The notes under the pieces: model-generated
The model's input: the letters and a program-made list of their open reading frames with translations, nothing else
Databases searched by the model: none
Told to the model about the DNA's origin: nothing
Translations under genes and position numbers: made by a program
Source of the DNA: Bdellovibrionales bacterium
GTDB taxonomy: Bacteria; Bdellovibrionota; Bdellovibrionia; Bdellovibrionales; DASUEL01
Assembly (NCBI GenBank): GCA_050250255.1
Contig: JBFWOZ010000016.1
Location: forward strand, 1 to 57,201
Reading direction: 5' to 3'
Length of the DNA: 57,201 bases
In this document: positions 28,040 through 36,513 of the stretch, piece by piece
Layout: each line of letters starts with the position of its first letter
Position numbering within the stretch: the stretch's first letter is position 1

Positions 28040-28828
28040 TTAGAGGTAGAGGCCGCCGCTGGCGGAGATGGTTTGGCCGGTGATGGAGGAGGCGAGTGGG
28101 CTTGCGAGAAAACAGGCCACGTTTGCCACGTCGGTCACTTCGACAGTTTTGAAACCGCCGTAGTTTTTGAGGAGTTCCTCTTGGGCGGCTTGAACACTTT
28201 TTGCGGAAGGAAATTTTTGAAGGAGGTAGTCTTCTGAGGGAGCTACACCCAAGCAGTTGATCGTGATGGGATCTTGAACAAAGTTTTTCGCGAGAGTGCG
28301 GGAGAAGCCTTCGATTCCGGTGCGGGAAAGTGCGAGCAAAGCGTCGTCAGCAAACCCCATGCGGGCGAGCTCAGGAATTAAGAAGATAATGCGCCCACGT
28401 TTTCTCGCTTTAAAAAACGGCACAACCTTCTGGGATAAAATAGCCGGAGCTCGTAGGTTCGCCTGAATCAACTCATCCATTTTTGCAATATCAAATTCGG
28501 TCCCGAGTTTTGTCGATGCCGCAAACGACCAGGTGTCGATGTAGATGTCGACGCCTCCAAAAGCTTCGGCGGCGCGCCCTGCTAAATCTTCGATATTTTT
28601 ATTCTCTAAATTGGGAAGGCCCAAAAACACCGCGCGCCCTCGCTTTTCGTGGACCTCACGCTGGTTCATGATTTCTTCGGCAAGACGTTCTCCAGTTTTT
28701 GCGTTGGTGTCGGCTAAGGCCACATTCGCGCCATATTCTGAAAGTCTTAGCGCAATCGCTCTTCCGTAACTTGTCGTTGCGCCAGTCACGAGGGCTGTGC
28801 GGTCATTTAAGCGAATCGATGTGTCCAT
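28040..28828 (-). CDS. SDR family oxidoreductase-like protein (atypical active site)
   Basis: ALVTGA...YGRAIA Rossmann motif, DVANVACFLAS and ITGQTISASGG. YxxxK is replaced by LALSR. Confidence 0.85.
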   Translation of the reverse strand: MDTSIRLNDRTALVTGATTSYGRAIALRLSEYGANVALADTNAKTGERLAEEIMNQREVHEKRGRAVFLGLPNLENKNIEDLAGRAAEAFGGVDIYIDTWSFAASTKLGTEFDIAKMDELIQANLRAPAILSQKVVPFFKARKRGRIIFLIPELARMGFADDALLALSRTGIEGFSRTLAKNFVQDPITINCLGVAPSEDYLLQKFPSAKSVQAAQEELLKNYGGFKTVEVTDVANVACFLASPLASSITGQTISASGGLYL

Positions 28829-28877
28829 GGGTTCTCCCTTAATGTCACAGCGTAGGGATAGAAAATCCTCCGGTCAA

Positions 28878-28906
28878 TTGACAGTGCGGAGAATAGTGGG
28901 AATGAT
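28878..28906 (+). promoter_or_regulatory. sigma70-type promoter of purD (leaderless geometry)
   Basis: TTGACA-17-AATGAT, 6 nt before the ATG, with no SD. Confidence 0.55.
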
Positions 28907-28912
28907 GGCGCC

Positions 28913-30166
28913 ATGAAGCTGAAAGTCATGGTTCTAGGACAAGGTGGCCGCGAACACGCTCTTGTCAAAGCGCTCGCAGCTACGGCAGAAGTCCACGCCT
29001 GGCCCGGAAATGACGGCATAGCTCTCGAAGCGACTTGCACCGGCGGCGCGCTCGTAGATCATCAAGGAATTCTTCAATACGTTAAAGAGAAAAAAATCGA
29101 TCTCGTCGTTGTTGGTCCCGACCAAGCTCTCGCGGATGGAGTCGTCGATTTTTTAGAAGAGCATAGCATCCCTACATTTGGTCCACGCAAAAGTTCAGCG
29201 CGCTTAGAGTGGTCAAAAATTTTCTCAAAAGAATTTATGACTCAAGCCGGCCTACCTACGGCAAAATATCAAATCGTGAAATCTGTGAAAGAAGTTGAGA
29301 GTGCGTTACTGAACTTCACTCCTCCTTACGTACTAAAAGCCGATGGCCTTGCCCTTGGAAAAGGCGTTTTTATCTGCAAAACCAAAGAAGAACTTTTGGA
29401 ATCGGCGAAGGCCATCTTTGAACAAAAAACTCTTGGCCCCGCAGGAGAGAGTGCGCTGCTCGAACAATTTTCTCCAGGCTGGGAGTTAAGTCTTCATATT
29501 CTGACGAACGGAAAAACCTTCGAGCTTTTTCCAGGTGCCCAAGATCACAAACGCTTGAAAGATCACGATGAAGGCCCTAATACCGGAGGCATGGGGGCGG
29601 TGGCTCCGGTACAGATTTCACCAGAGCTCATGGAGCAAATTCAAACACGCGTTCTCGAACCGCTTATGAAACACATGCAGAAGATTCAGATGGATTATCG
29701 GGGCGTTCTCTATTTGGGACTCATGATCACGTCTGAAGGCCCTTCGCTCCTGGAATTCAATGCGCGTTTTGGTGACCCAGAAGCACAAATATTTCTGCCA
29801 CTTCTTGAGGGAGATTGGACTGAAATATTTGTGCAAATCGTTCAAGGAAAAGTGCCAAAACTTCACTGGAAAAACAAAGCCGCAGCTTGTGTCGTGCTGG
29901 CGGCTCCTGGATATCCTGACAATGCCCAAAAGGGTGTTTCCGTACAGGGCTCGTTCAAGTCTCTCAAAAATTCCTACATTCTCCATGCGGGAACAAAGAA
30001 ACAAAATGACGAGTGGGTCACGAACGGCGGTCGCGTTCTCAATGCCATCGGCATCGGCAACACGCTCGAACAAGCACTTAAAAATGCTTACGCGCAAGTT
30101 CAGCAAATTTCCTGGAAGGGTTTGCAGTACCGTAAAGACATCGGTCAAAAAGTAAAAGGTCTCTGA
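28913..30166 (+). CDS. purD: Phosphoribosylamine--glycine ligase
   Basis: GGREHAL, KADGLALGKGV, QDHKR...GPNTGGMG, EFNARFGDPE and TNGGRVL motifs. Confidence 0.97.
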   Translation: MKLKVMVLGQGGREHALVKALAATAEVHAWPGNDGIALEATCTGGALVDHQGILQYVKEKKIDLVVVGPDQALADGVVDFLEEHSIPTFGPRKSSARLEWSKIFSKEFMTQAGLPTAKYQIVKSVKEVESALLNFTPPYVLKADGLALGKGVFICKTKEELLESAKAIFEQKTLGPAGESALLEQFSPGWELSLHILTNGKTFELFPGAQDHKRLKDHDEGPNTGGMGAVAPVQISPELMEQIQTRVLEPLMKHMQKIQMDYRGVLYLGLMITSEGPSLLEFNARFGDPEAQIFLPLLEGDWTEIFVQIVQGKVPKLHWKNKAAACVVLAAPGYPDNAQKGVSVQGSFKSLKNSYILHAGTKKQNDEWVTNGGRVLNAIGIGNTLEQALKNAYAQVQQISWKGLQYRKDIGQKVKGL

Positions 30167-30230
30167 CCCTTTTTTCTGGCTACAGCGCGTTTGAAGCGGC
30201 GTGACCCGGAAAAGGAACCTGGCACCTAAA
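30154..30230. repeat. Degenerate REP-doublet element (family 2)
   Basis: Shares cttttttctggctaca (16 bp) and ctggcaccta (10 bp) with the 10666-10753 element. Its left arm encodes the purD C-terminus and stop. Confidence 0.75.
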
Positions 30231-30235
30231 TGGAA

Positions 30236-30805
30236 TTACCAGTTCCAGCGGAGTTGGGCTTTACTGAGTTGATCTTGGACTTCGTGAGAGACAACGAGTT
30301 GGGTGCTTCCACCTAAGTTTTCGTTGAACTCAAGATTGAGGTCGCTCCCGCTCATAAGGTAAGTCACCTGAACGTTCGCAAGACCTGAATATTTCAAGAA
30401 TGCTTTTTGTTCAAAGGCCTGAACTTGCATATTTAAAGAGTGCTGAATTTCGTTTTCTTGTGGATTACCAAAGTGAACTTCGGTCTTCATGGCTTGTTCT
30501 ACACCAGATGCAGCCTTACCAAGTTCTGAGTTTTTAAAGAAATCACCTTGAGTAAAAGTATTTAAAGTATGGTCTACAACTTTGATTCCTACATCTTGTT
30601 CTTTTTGACCGGGTTGTAGATTTAAAGGAATCACTCCAGAAATATCATGGCTTGTGATCGTTGTCTGAGGAGCCACGGGAGTGACCGCCTCTAAATTAAG
30701 AGAAGTTTGCTGTGGAGGAATCGCTGCATGCGAGTAAAGACTTGTGAGTGAGAAAGTCACTGTCCATGCGAGCTTAGAGAATTGGTGTGTAAGTATGCGA
30801 TTCAT
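30236..30805 (-). CDS. Exported hypothetical protein with beta-strand C-terminus (possible outer-membrane protein)
   Basis: Start moved to ATG 30805 (MNRIL). Signal peptide ends SHA-A and the protein ends AQLRWNW. Confidence 0.65.
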   Translation of the reverse strand: MNRILTHQFSKLAWTVTFSLTSLYSHAAIPPQQTSLNLEAVTPVAPQTTITSHDISGVIPLNLQPGQKEQDVGIKVVDHTLNTFTQGDFFKNSELGKAASGVEQAMKTEVHFGNPQENEIQHSLNMQVQAFEQKAFLKYSGLANVQVTYLMSGSDLNLEFNENLGGSTQLVVSHEVQDQLSKAQLRWNW

Positions 30806-30817
30806 ACTAGTAACTAG

Positions 30818-30833
30818 AGCAAGTGTTGGGCCA
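30818..30833 (-). promoter_or_regulatory. sigma54 (-24/-12) promoter
   Basis: Minus strand TGG-CCCAACACTT-GCT, with the ATG 13 nt after the GC. Confidence 0.6.
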
Positions 30834-31007
30834 GGCACCTTGTTTGAGCTGATCTCGCCAAATCTTCCCCGCCTGTGGTTCCACAACACCTGTCAAAAGG
30901 GACGACAAATTCTCACCGCTTCAATGTGAGACCGTCTCATTTTGAGAATAAGAAATTTTATTAAATGATTTTAGACCACGCCCCAAGAAAAATTTCCTGA
31001 CAAAAGA

Positions 31008-31037
31008 CCTAAGACCCACGTCGAGAGATACCGATGA
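31008..31037 (+). promoter_or_regulatory. sigma28-like promoter of the subtilase
   Basis: CCTAAG...ACCGATGA. The -10 octamer is identical to that of the flagellin promoter and lies 6 nt before the ATG. Confidence 0.55.
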
Positions 31038-31043
31038 ATCATC

Positions 31044-32717
31044 ATGGGCTTAAGGCTGGTAAGTACGCTAATACTCAGTACGTTCTTTATGGCGTGTGCA
31101 AAACAAACGATTGTTGTTGCGACGTCGCCCTCTGTAGGAAGCACTTACTGTAGTAGCGTGGCATCTTCGGCGGCTCCAAGTTCGTCGCCTACACAGATGA
31201 GCGCTTTTTCTTTTGGGAGTCCAAAGATCACAGGCCTCTCGCAAGGGTCACGCGTAAAACTCGATACCTCCACCTTACGACTTCCAAAAATTCAGGGCCT
31301 CGGTCAAATTATGCCTCAGCGTATGGCGAAGGCCTTTAGCAATTATTCAGAATATTCTGTTCCAGGTGGAAGTCGTCTTGTTGCGGTGGTGGATCACGAA
31401 TGCACCAGACGTCATCGTTTAGCGCTGAACCCCAATCAATATAGTCAGACCATTTCTGAGCACGTGATGGATCCTTCGGTCGCTGCCGTACAAGGTTTAC
31501 GAGAGGGCATCAAAACACTTTCTCATTCCATCTCCTTTGATGAAGACACAAACGTTGAAGATTTAGAGGCTCTCGGCGAAGCCGATCCTTGCCTTGTAAT
31601 GGTAGGAACCGAAGTAGAAATGAAACCATTTGCGGTTCCGCTTGATCCCAATTACGCGGCTTTAGAAAATCAAAAAATGCGTCACTTCGATGCCATCGCA
31701 TACGAAACAAACTACGACAAATATTTTGATGCTGGCGGAATTAATGCCGATGTGGTGATTGCCGTTATTGATAGTGGTGTCCGTATCACTCACGACGACC
31801 TTGATGGAAGTCTTTGGGTAAACGCCGGAGAAACTCCGGGAGATGGTATCGATAATGATGCCAACGGAAAAATCGACGACGTCAACGGTTACAACTTCAA
31901 AGCCGCAACCGGTGATCCCACTCCGCAGACGTGGGTCGGTTATGGTGGTGCCGAAGGGCATGGAACTCATGTGGCCGGTCTCGTAGCGGCGGAACAAAAC
32001 AATGCTCTCGGTGGACTCGGCGTGATTGGCACGAACGGTAAAATCATGTCACTTAACGTATTTGGAAATACTCCTTCGGCATCCACAAGTACTATTGATA
32101 ATGCCATCACTTATGCGGCCAACAGCGGAGCTCACATTATCAATTTAAGTTTGGGCGGCGAGGGTCGTACGGAAAGTACCAAAACCGCAATCGCCGCGGC
32201 CATCACCGCAGGTGTTACTGTTGTTGCGGCCGCAGGAAACGGCGACAGTACCGGTGCGGGTGTTCTTTTAACTTCAAGTTATTTTGTTACACCGGCTTCT
32301 TTCGCACAGGAACTAGATGGAATGATTTCGGTAGGATCTTTTGATGCTGCGACGGGAAGTCTCAGTAGCTTTTCAAATTGCAGCAGCACCTACGTCGAAA
32401 TCGCTGCTCCTGGTGCCTACAACTCGAACCTTTCATCGGGCGGAATTTATTCGACCTGGCATACGGCAGATACCACTTTTGCAAAATCCAATGCGGGTTC
32501 TCCGATTATGGGAACTTCGATGGCATCACCCATTGTGGCAGGTGCTGCCGCCCTCACTCGCGGACTTTATTTAAGAGTAAATGGTTCTGCTCCAACACCT
32601 TCACAGATCGAAACTTTGATTTTATCAAACGGAACAACGGGCGCAGGCCTCAGTAACTATGTCAAAAACGGCAAAAAACTCAACGTTTCAAACATCGCCA
32701 CCGCGATACGTCCTTAA
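31044..32717 (+). CDS. S8 (subtilisin-like) serine protease, lipoprotein
   Basis: Lipobox FMAC, catalytic D (VIDSG), H (HGTHVAG) and S (GTSMASP), oxyanion AAAGN and a DGIDNDANGKIDD Ca loop. Confidence 0.93.
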   Translation: MGLRLVSTLILSTFFMACAKQTIVVATSPSVGSTYCSSVASSAAPSSSPTQMSAFSFGSPKITGLSQGSRVKLDTSTLRLPKIQGLGQIMPQRMAKAFSNYSEYSVPGGSRLVAVVDHECTRRHRLALNPNQYSQTISEHVMDPSVAAVQGLREGIKTLSHSISFDEDTNVEDLEALGEADPCLVMVGTEVEMKPFAVPLDPNYAALENQKMRHFDAIAYETNYDKYFDAGGINADVVIAVIDSGVRITHDDLDGSLWVNAGETPGDGIDNDANGKIDDVNGYNFKAATGDPTPQTWVGYGGAEGHGTHVAGLVAAEQNNALGGLGVIGTNGKIMSLNVFGNTPSASTSTIDNAITYAANSGAHIINLSLGGEGRTESTKTAIAAAITAGVTVVAAAGNGDSTGAGVLLTSSYFVTPASFAQELDGMISVGSFDAATGSLSSFSNCSSTYVEIAAPGAYNSNLSSGGIYSTWHTADTTFAKSNAGSPIMGTSMASPIVAGAAALTRGLYLRVNGSAPTPSQIETLILSNGTTGAGLSNYVKNGKKLNVSNIATAIRP

Positions 32718-32737
32718 TTCCTTGAGGTACAAACAGA

Positions 32738-32770
32738 AAAGAACTCGTCCCGAGAGACGAATTCTTTGTT
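32738..32770. terminator. Bidirectional terminator between convergent genes
   Basis: aaagaactcgtc-ccgaga-gacgaattcttt imperfect stem flanked by A/T runs. Confidence 0.55.
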
Positions 32771-32781
32771 AAAGATTCTAA

Positions 32782-33753
32782 TTATTGAGCCGAGAGTTCT
32801 TGTTGAACAAGGCCATAAGCTCCGTACTCGATCATGTAAGCAAGTTTATAATCAGGAAAAGTTGTCTGGAACTTTTTCGCTAAGTCTTTGTAAAGTACGC
32901 CCGCATTTGGACCAGCAAACTCTTTCGCATTTAAACCCATCGACTTAAGCTGTGTTTTTACAAGTGCTTGCGCCTTTTGGAGATAATGGATTTGTTCTTC
33001 ACTGGCCGTTGCAAGGTCTGTTGTCTGTCCGCGACCGCCGTAAACAATCGTACTTACAGAAAACATTCGTTCGAGTTCTCTGATATCTGCGATCCATTCC
33101 GCGATGGTAGGGGTGGCTTTGCCGTTCATGATGCCGCCTTCAAGCCAGGCGTGTGCTTTGTGGTGAATCAAATCGCCCACCATGAGCGATTGAATCGACT
33201 CGATGTGCGCAACTGTTTGGGTGCTACTTATTCCTGGTTTCGAAAGCTCATAAAGTTTGATTCTTTCGCCACCACGTAGAACTAAATCCATCTCTTGATC
33301 AAAAGTTTGGTCGATAGAAGTAGGTTGTGGATACTCGCCTTTCTTAAACATCTTTGCCATTTCTACAAAAAAATATTCTTTGTACGCATGAACGCCTGGG
33401 ATGGCTCTTGCGGTGGCGTTGGAAGCTAAAATACGTGCGCCTTCTGATTTAAACACCGAAGCTCCATTAAATTTGTCTGCGTTTGGATGAGTGATCACGA
33501 GCCAGGTAATGGGCTTCTTTGTGTACTTCCTTAAGTGCTCAATACTTTGTTTTGCCAGTTGGGGGGTAAATTGGGCATCAAAAGCCACTACTTCATGTTC
33601 TGCTTCATAAAAGAAAGTGCGGGTATCAAAACCCTCAGCTCCAGATTTAAATTCGATTACGCGGCCTTGTGCCTGCGCCTTCGAAGGTAAAGTGGTGCAG
33701 CCAGAAAGAGAAATCGCCATCATTGCTAAACTTGTATTAAATAAATTTTTCAT
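32782..33753 (-). CDS. Metallo-beta-lactamase-fold lipoprotein with degenerate metal motif
   Basis: Lipobox LSGC, FDAQFTP, VITHPNADKFNG, VGDLIH and VYGGRG in MBL-fold positions, plus an AGGAG RBS. Confidence 0.8.
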   Translation of the reverse strand: MKNLFNTSLAMMAISLSGCTTLPSKAQAQGRVIEFKSGAEGFDTRTFFYEAEHEVVAFDAQFTPQLAKQSIEHLRKYTKKPITWLVITHPNADKFNGASVFKSEGARILASNATARAIPGVHAYKEYFFVEMAKMFKKGEYPQPTSIDQTFDQEMDLVLRGGERIKLYELSKPGISSTQTVAHIESIQSLMVGDLIHHKAHAWLEGGIMNGKATPTIAEWIADIRELERMFSVSTIVYGGRGQTTDLATASEEQIHYLQKAQALVKTQLKSMGLNAKEFAGPNAGVLYKDLAKKFQTTFPDYKLAYMIEYGAYGLVQQELSAQ

Positions 33754-33872
33754 TTTTAACTCCTTGTTAAGTAGATCTTGTGAGACGGTTGTAACTAAAA
33801 TGTGAAAACCTCGCTAACCCTTCTTGGCCAAAGTTGCTTCCCTTTTCTGCATACTTGGATGTATAAAACGAT

Positions 33873-34676
33873 ATGGCACAGACATACGATACGGTTGCGG
33901 AGTTCCCAGGAATGGTGATCATTCATCAGAAGATCCCCGGCCAAGAAGTGGGACGCCATCAGCACAATGAGCACGAATTCTTTCTCCCTCTGCAAGGCGA
34001 GATCACTATCAGCTATGGGGATATAACCGTTAAAGCGGGTCCTGGTCGTATGCTCTATGTACCCCCAGGATTAGATCACAGTTTCTCCTCTTCCGCGCAA
34101 GGCTCGGGAGAGCGGGTGATTTGGCTTCTTGATCAAAAAACCTGGAAAAAACATATCAATAAAAAATTTCTTCCCTGCTCCATGACGATAAACTCCTTAG
34201 CGAAGGAACTTATTTTTTATTTGCTGATTCATAAAAAAGAAAAGGGCACGCCTTATTTTATTTCCGCGCTTGTGGAATCCTTGCGTGAATCTTTGCTCGC
34301 GACCCAGTTGGAACAAAAGGACATACTTTCTGCTCACATTGCCGGACGAGTGAACGATGAAAGGATTCAAAAAGCTCTTGAGTTTATGGAGATGGAATTG
34401 GGTGCCTCATTAACTGAGGTAGCGAGGCGAAGTGGCCTCAGTCTTAGAAATTTGAATCGTCTTTTTTTAAAGGAATGTAATTTAAGTCCAAAAGATTATC
34501 TGATTTTAAGACGGGTGGAAAAAGCCAAATCTCTTTTACGAGAGACGAAAATGACGATCACCGACATTTCAATGGAAGTTGGTTACAATTCACTTTCCAA
34601 ATTTATAGATACTTTTAAGAAGCAGGCGGGAGTTTTGCCGAGTGATTATCGAAGTAACCTGGCGTCCAGCACCTAA
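33873..34676 (+). CDS. AraC family transcriptional regulator with cupin sensor domain
   Basis: HQHNEHE...PPGLDH cupin motif, and C-terminal SLRNLNRLF / ITDISMEVGYNSLSKFIDTFKKQAGVLPSDYR. Confidence 0.93.
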   Translation: MAQTYDTVAEFPGMVIIHQKIPGQEVGRHQHNEHEFFLPLQGEITISYGDITVKAGPGRMLYVPPGLDHSFSSSAQGSGERVIWLLDQKTWKKHINKKFLPCSMTINSLAKELIFYLLIHKKEKGTPYFISALVESLRESLLATQLEQKDILSAHIAGRVNDERIQKALEFMEMELGASLTEVARRSGLSLRNLNRLFLKECNLSPKDYLILRRVEKAKSLLRETKMTITDISMEVGYNSLSKFIDTFKKQAGVLPSDYRSNLASST

Positions 34677-34869
34677 ATGAAAGCGGGACGAGCTCAGATC
34701 AGTTCGATTACTACGGACTACTTAAAGAGCAGGTCACTGTTTTACCTTGAGGGTCTTTAACAGGAACGTTTCGGTCAAAAGGAATTAATAGGGGCTTGTT
34801 ATTGACGGTGATAACAACAGAGCCAACGAGAAGACCCCGGCGATCAGCGCGGGGCACGTGAAATGGGTA

Positions 34870-36267
34870 CTATTCGCCCATGCCGGCGGGAGCGAGGCCT
34901 TTTTTCTTAATTTTTTCTACGAGAGTGGTGCGGTTCAAGCGTAAGAGTTGGGCGGCGCGGTTACGATTCCAGCCGGTTTTCTCAAGCGCTTGAAGAATGA
35001 GTGCGTTTTCGTAATTATCGACGGCCGTGTTGAAATCGATTCCATCATTAGGAAGCGCTTTCGCGGCTACATCATTCATGTTCTGAGAGTTGCTCTGACG
35101 GTAGCGCTCTGGTAAATCTCGCGCTTCCACAATCCCTGTCGCTTTTAAAATAGAAAGACGCTCGAGAAGATTTTCAAGTTCTCTTACGTTGCCGGGCCAT
35201 GAGTAATTCATGAGAAGATCCATCGCCTCGGGGCTAAAACCTGCGAGGTTACGACCTTTTGATTGATTGAAATGATTCATGAAGTGGTGAATCAAGTAAG
35301 GAATATCACTTTTGCGCTCACGAAGGGCGGGAATGTGAATAGGAATCACATTCAGACGATAATAAAGATCTTCGCGGAATCGGCCATCCGCCGCGGCTCT
35401 TTCTAAATCCACATTCGTGGCGGCGATAATGCGTACATCAACTTCGATGGTTTTTGCACTTCCTACCGCTTCAAAACGACGTTCTTGAATCACGCGAAGG
35501 AGCTTCACTTGAAGTGTCGGACTCAATTCGCCAATTTCGTCGAGAAAAATAGTTCCGTTATGAGCGGCTTCAAATCGTCCGAGTCGGTTCGCGATCGCTC
35601 CAGTGAATGCCCCTTTGACGTGACCAAAAATTTCGCTTTCAAGAAGCTCCCCAGGGATAGCACCGCAATTTACGGGCACCATCATTTTTTCGGCTCGCGA
35701 AGAATTGTAATGAATCGCGCGGGCTACAAGCTCTTTCCCTGTGCCGCTTTCGCCCGTAATCAACACGGTCGAGTCGGTCGAAGACACTTTTTCGATAAGT
35801 TCGAGAACTTGCGTGATCTCAGGGCTTTTCCCAATGATATTTTCAAATCGGTATTTTTGGTGAAGCTGAGTTTTAAGAAAACTATTTTCTTGCTGAAGCG
35901 TTTTGTGTGAGAGAGCGCGATCCGCAAGACCTAAAAGCTCATCCATATTGAAGGGCTTTGTAATAAAATGGAAGGCTCCTTTTTGCGTCGCCTGCACTGC
36001 GGATTCAATCGTGGCGAACCCCGAAAATACAATCGCCACCATTTCGGGAAATTGCTTCTTCAGAGCAGTCATGAGTTCAATGCCATCACCATCGGGGAGT
36101 TTTAAATCGATGAGTGCGAGATCCACCGGTTGATCCATGGCCGTGAGTTTCACAGCCTCAGCACAAGTAGCGGCGGTGACTACCTGAAAACCTTTTCTTT
36201 CAAAGACTCTGAAGAGGGCGGTGCGAAGAGTGGATTCGTCATCGACGATAAGAACTTTCTGAGACAT
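34870..36267 (-). CDS. sigma54-dependent response regulator (NtrC family)
   Basis: Receiver domain (VLIVDD, DLKLP, KPF), GESGTGKE, GAFTGA, FLDEIGE, WPGNVREL and a Fis HTH. Start moved to ATG 36267. Confidence 0.96.
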   Translation of the reverse strand: MSQKVLIVDDESTLRTALFRVFERKGFQVVTAATCAEAVKLTAMDQPVDLALIDLKLPDGDGIELMTALKKQFPEMVAIVFSGFATIESAVQATQKGAFHFITKPFNMDELLGLADRALSHKTLQQENSFLKTQLHQKYRFENIIGKSPEITQVLELIEKVSSTDSTVLITGESGTGKELVARAIHYNSSRAEKMMVPVNCGAIPGELLESEIFGHVKGAFTGAIANRLGRFEAAHNGTIFLDEIGELSPTLQVKLLRVIQERRFEAVGSAKTIEVDVRIIAATNVDLERAAADGRFREDLYYRLNVIPIHIPALRERKSDIPYLIHHFMNHFNQSKGRNLAGFSPEAMDLLMNYSWPGNVRELENLLERLSILKATGIVEARDLPERYRQSNSQNMNDVAAKALPNDGIDFNTAVDNYENALILQALEKTGWNRNRAAQLLRLNRTTLVEKIKKKGLAPAGMGE

Positions 36268-36513
36268 CTGACTCCCTTCCCTGGGGGCATTCACGCTTCC
36301 TTCTTGGTTGCGATAATTCTATTTTATGAAGGGCCTTTGACACTGTCAATTTAGACTGCCAAAGATTTGGCTTAGGACCTGAAATGCAGGACCTGCAAAC
36401 TTTTTGTTGTGACTAAAAATCAGTCACTGTAAGTGGCAGCTCCGAAGTTATGGGCTCAACAAAATTAATGAACAATGATGGGGGTGGCTTAATTTGCTTG
36501 CGCAGTCGCTAGA

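Noticed and set aside
29618..30155. 176-aa antisense and 131-aa alternative-frame ORFs within purD, and similar shadow ORFs throughout
   Set aside because: Fully nested in well-supported genes with no recognisable motifs.
34677..34869. Intergenic region with short hairpins as a possible ncRNA
   Set aside because: Only weak stems (ttgttat...ataacaa, cccc...gggg) between convergent genes, compatible with ordinary termination.
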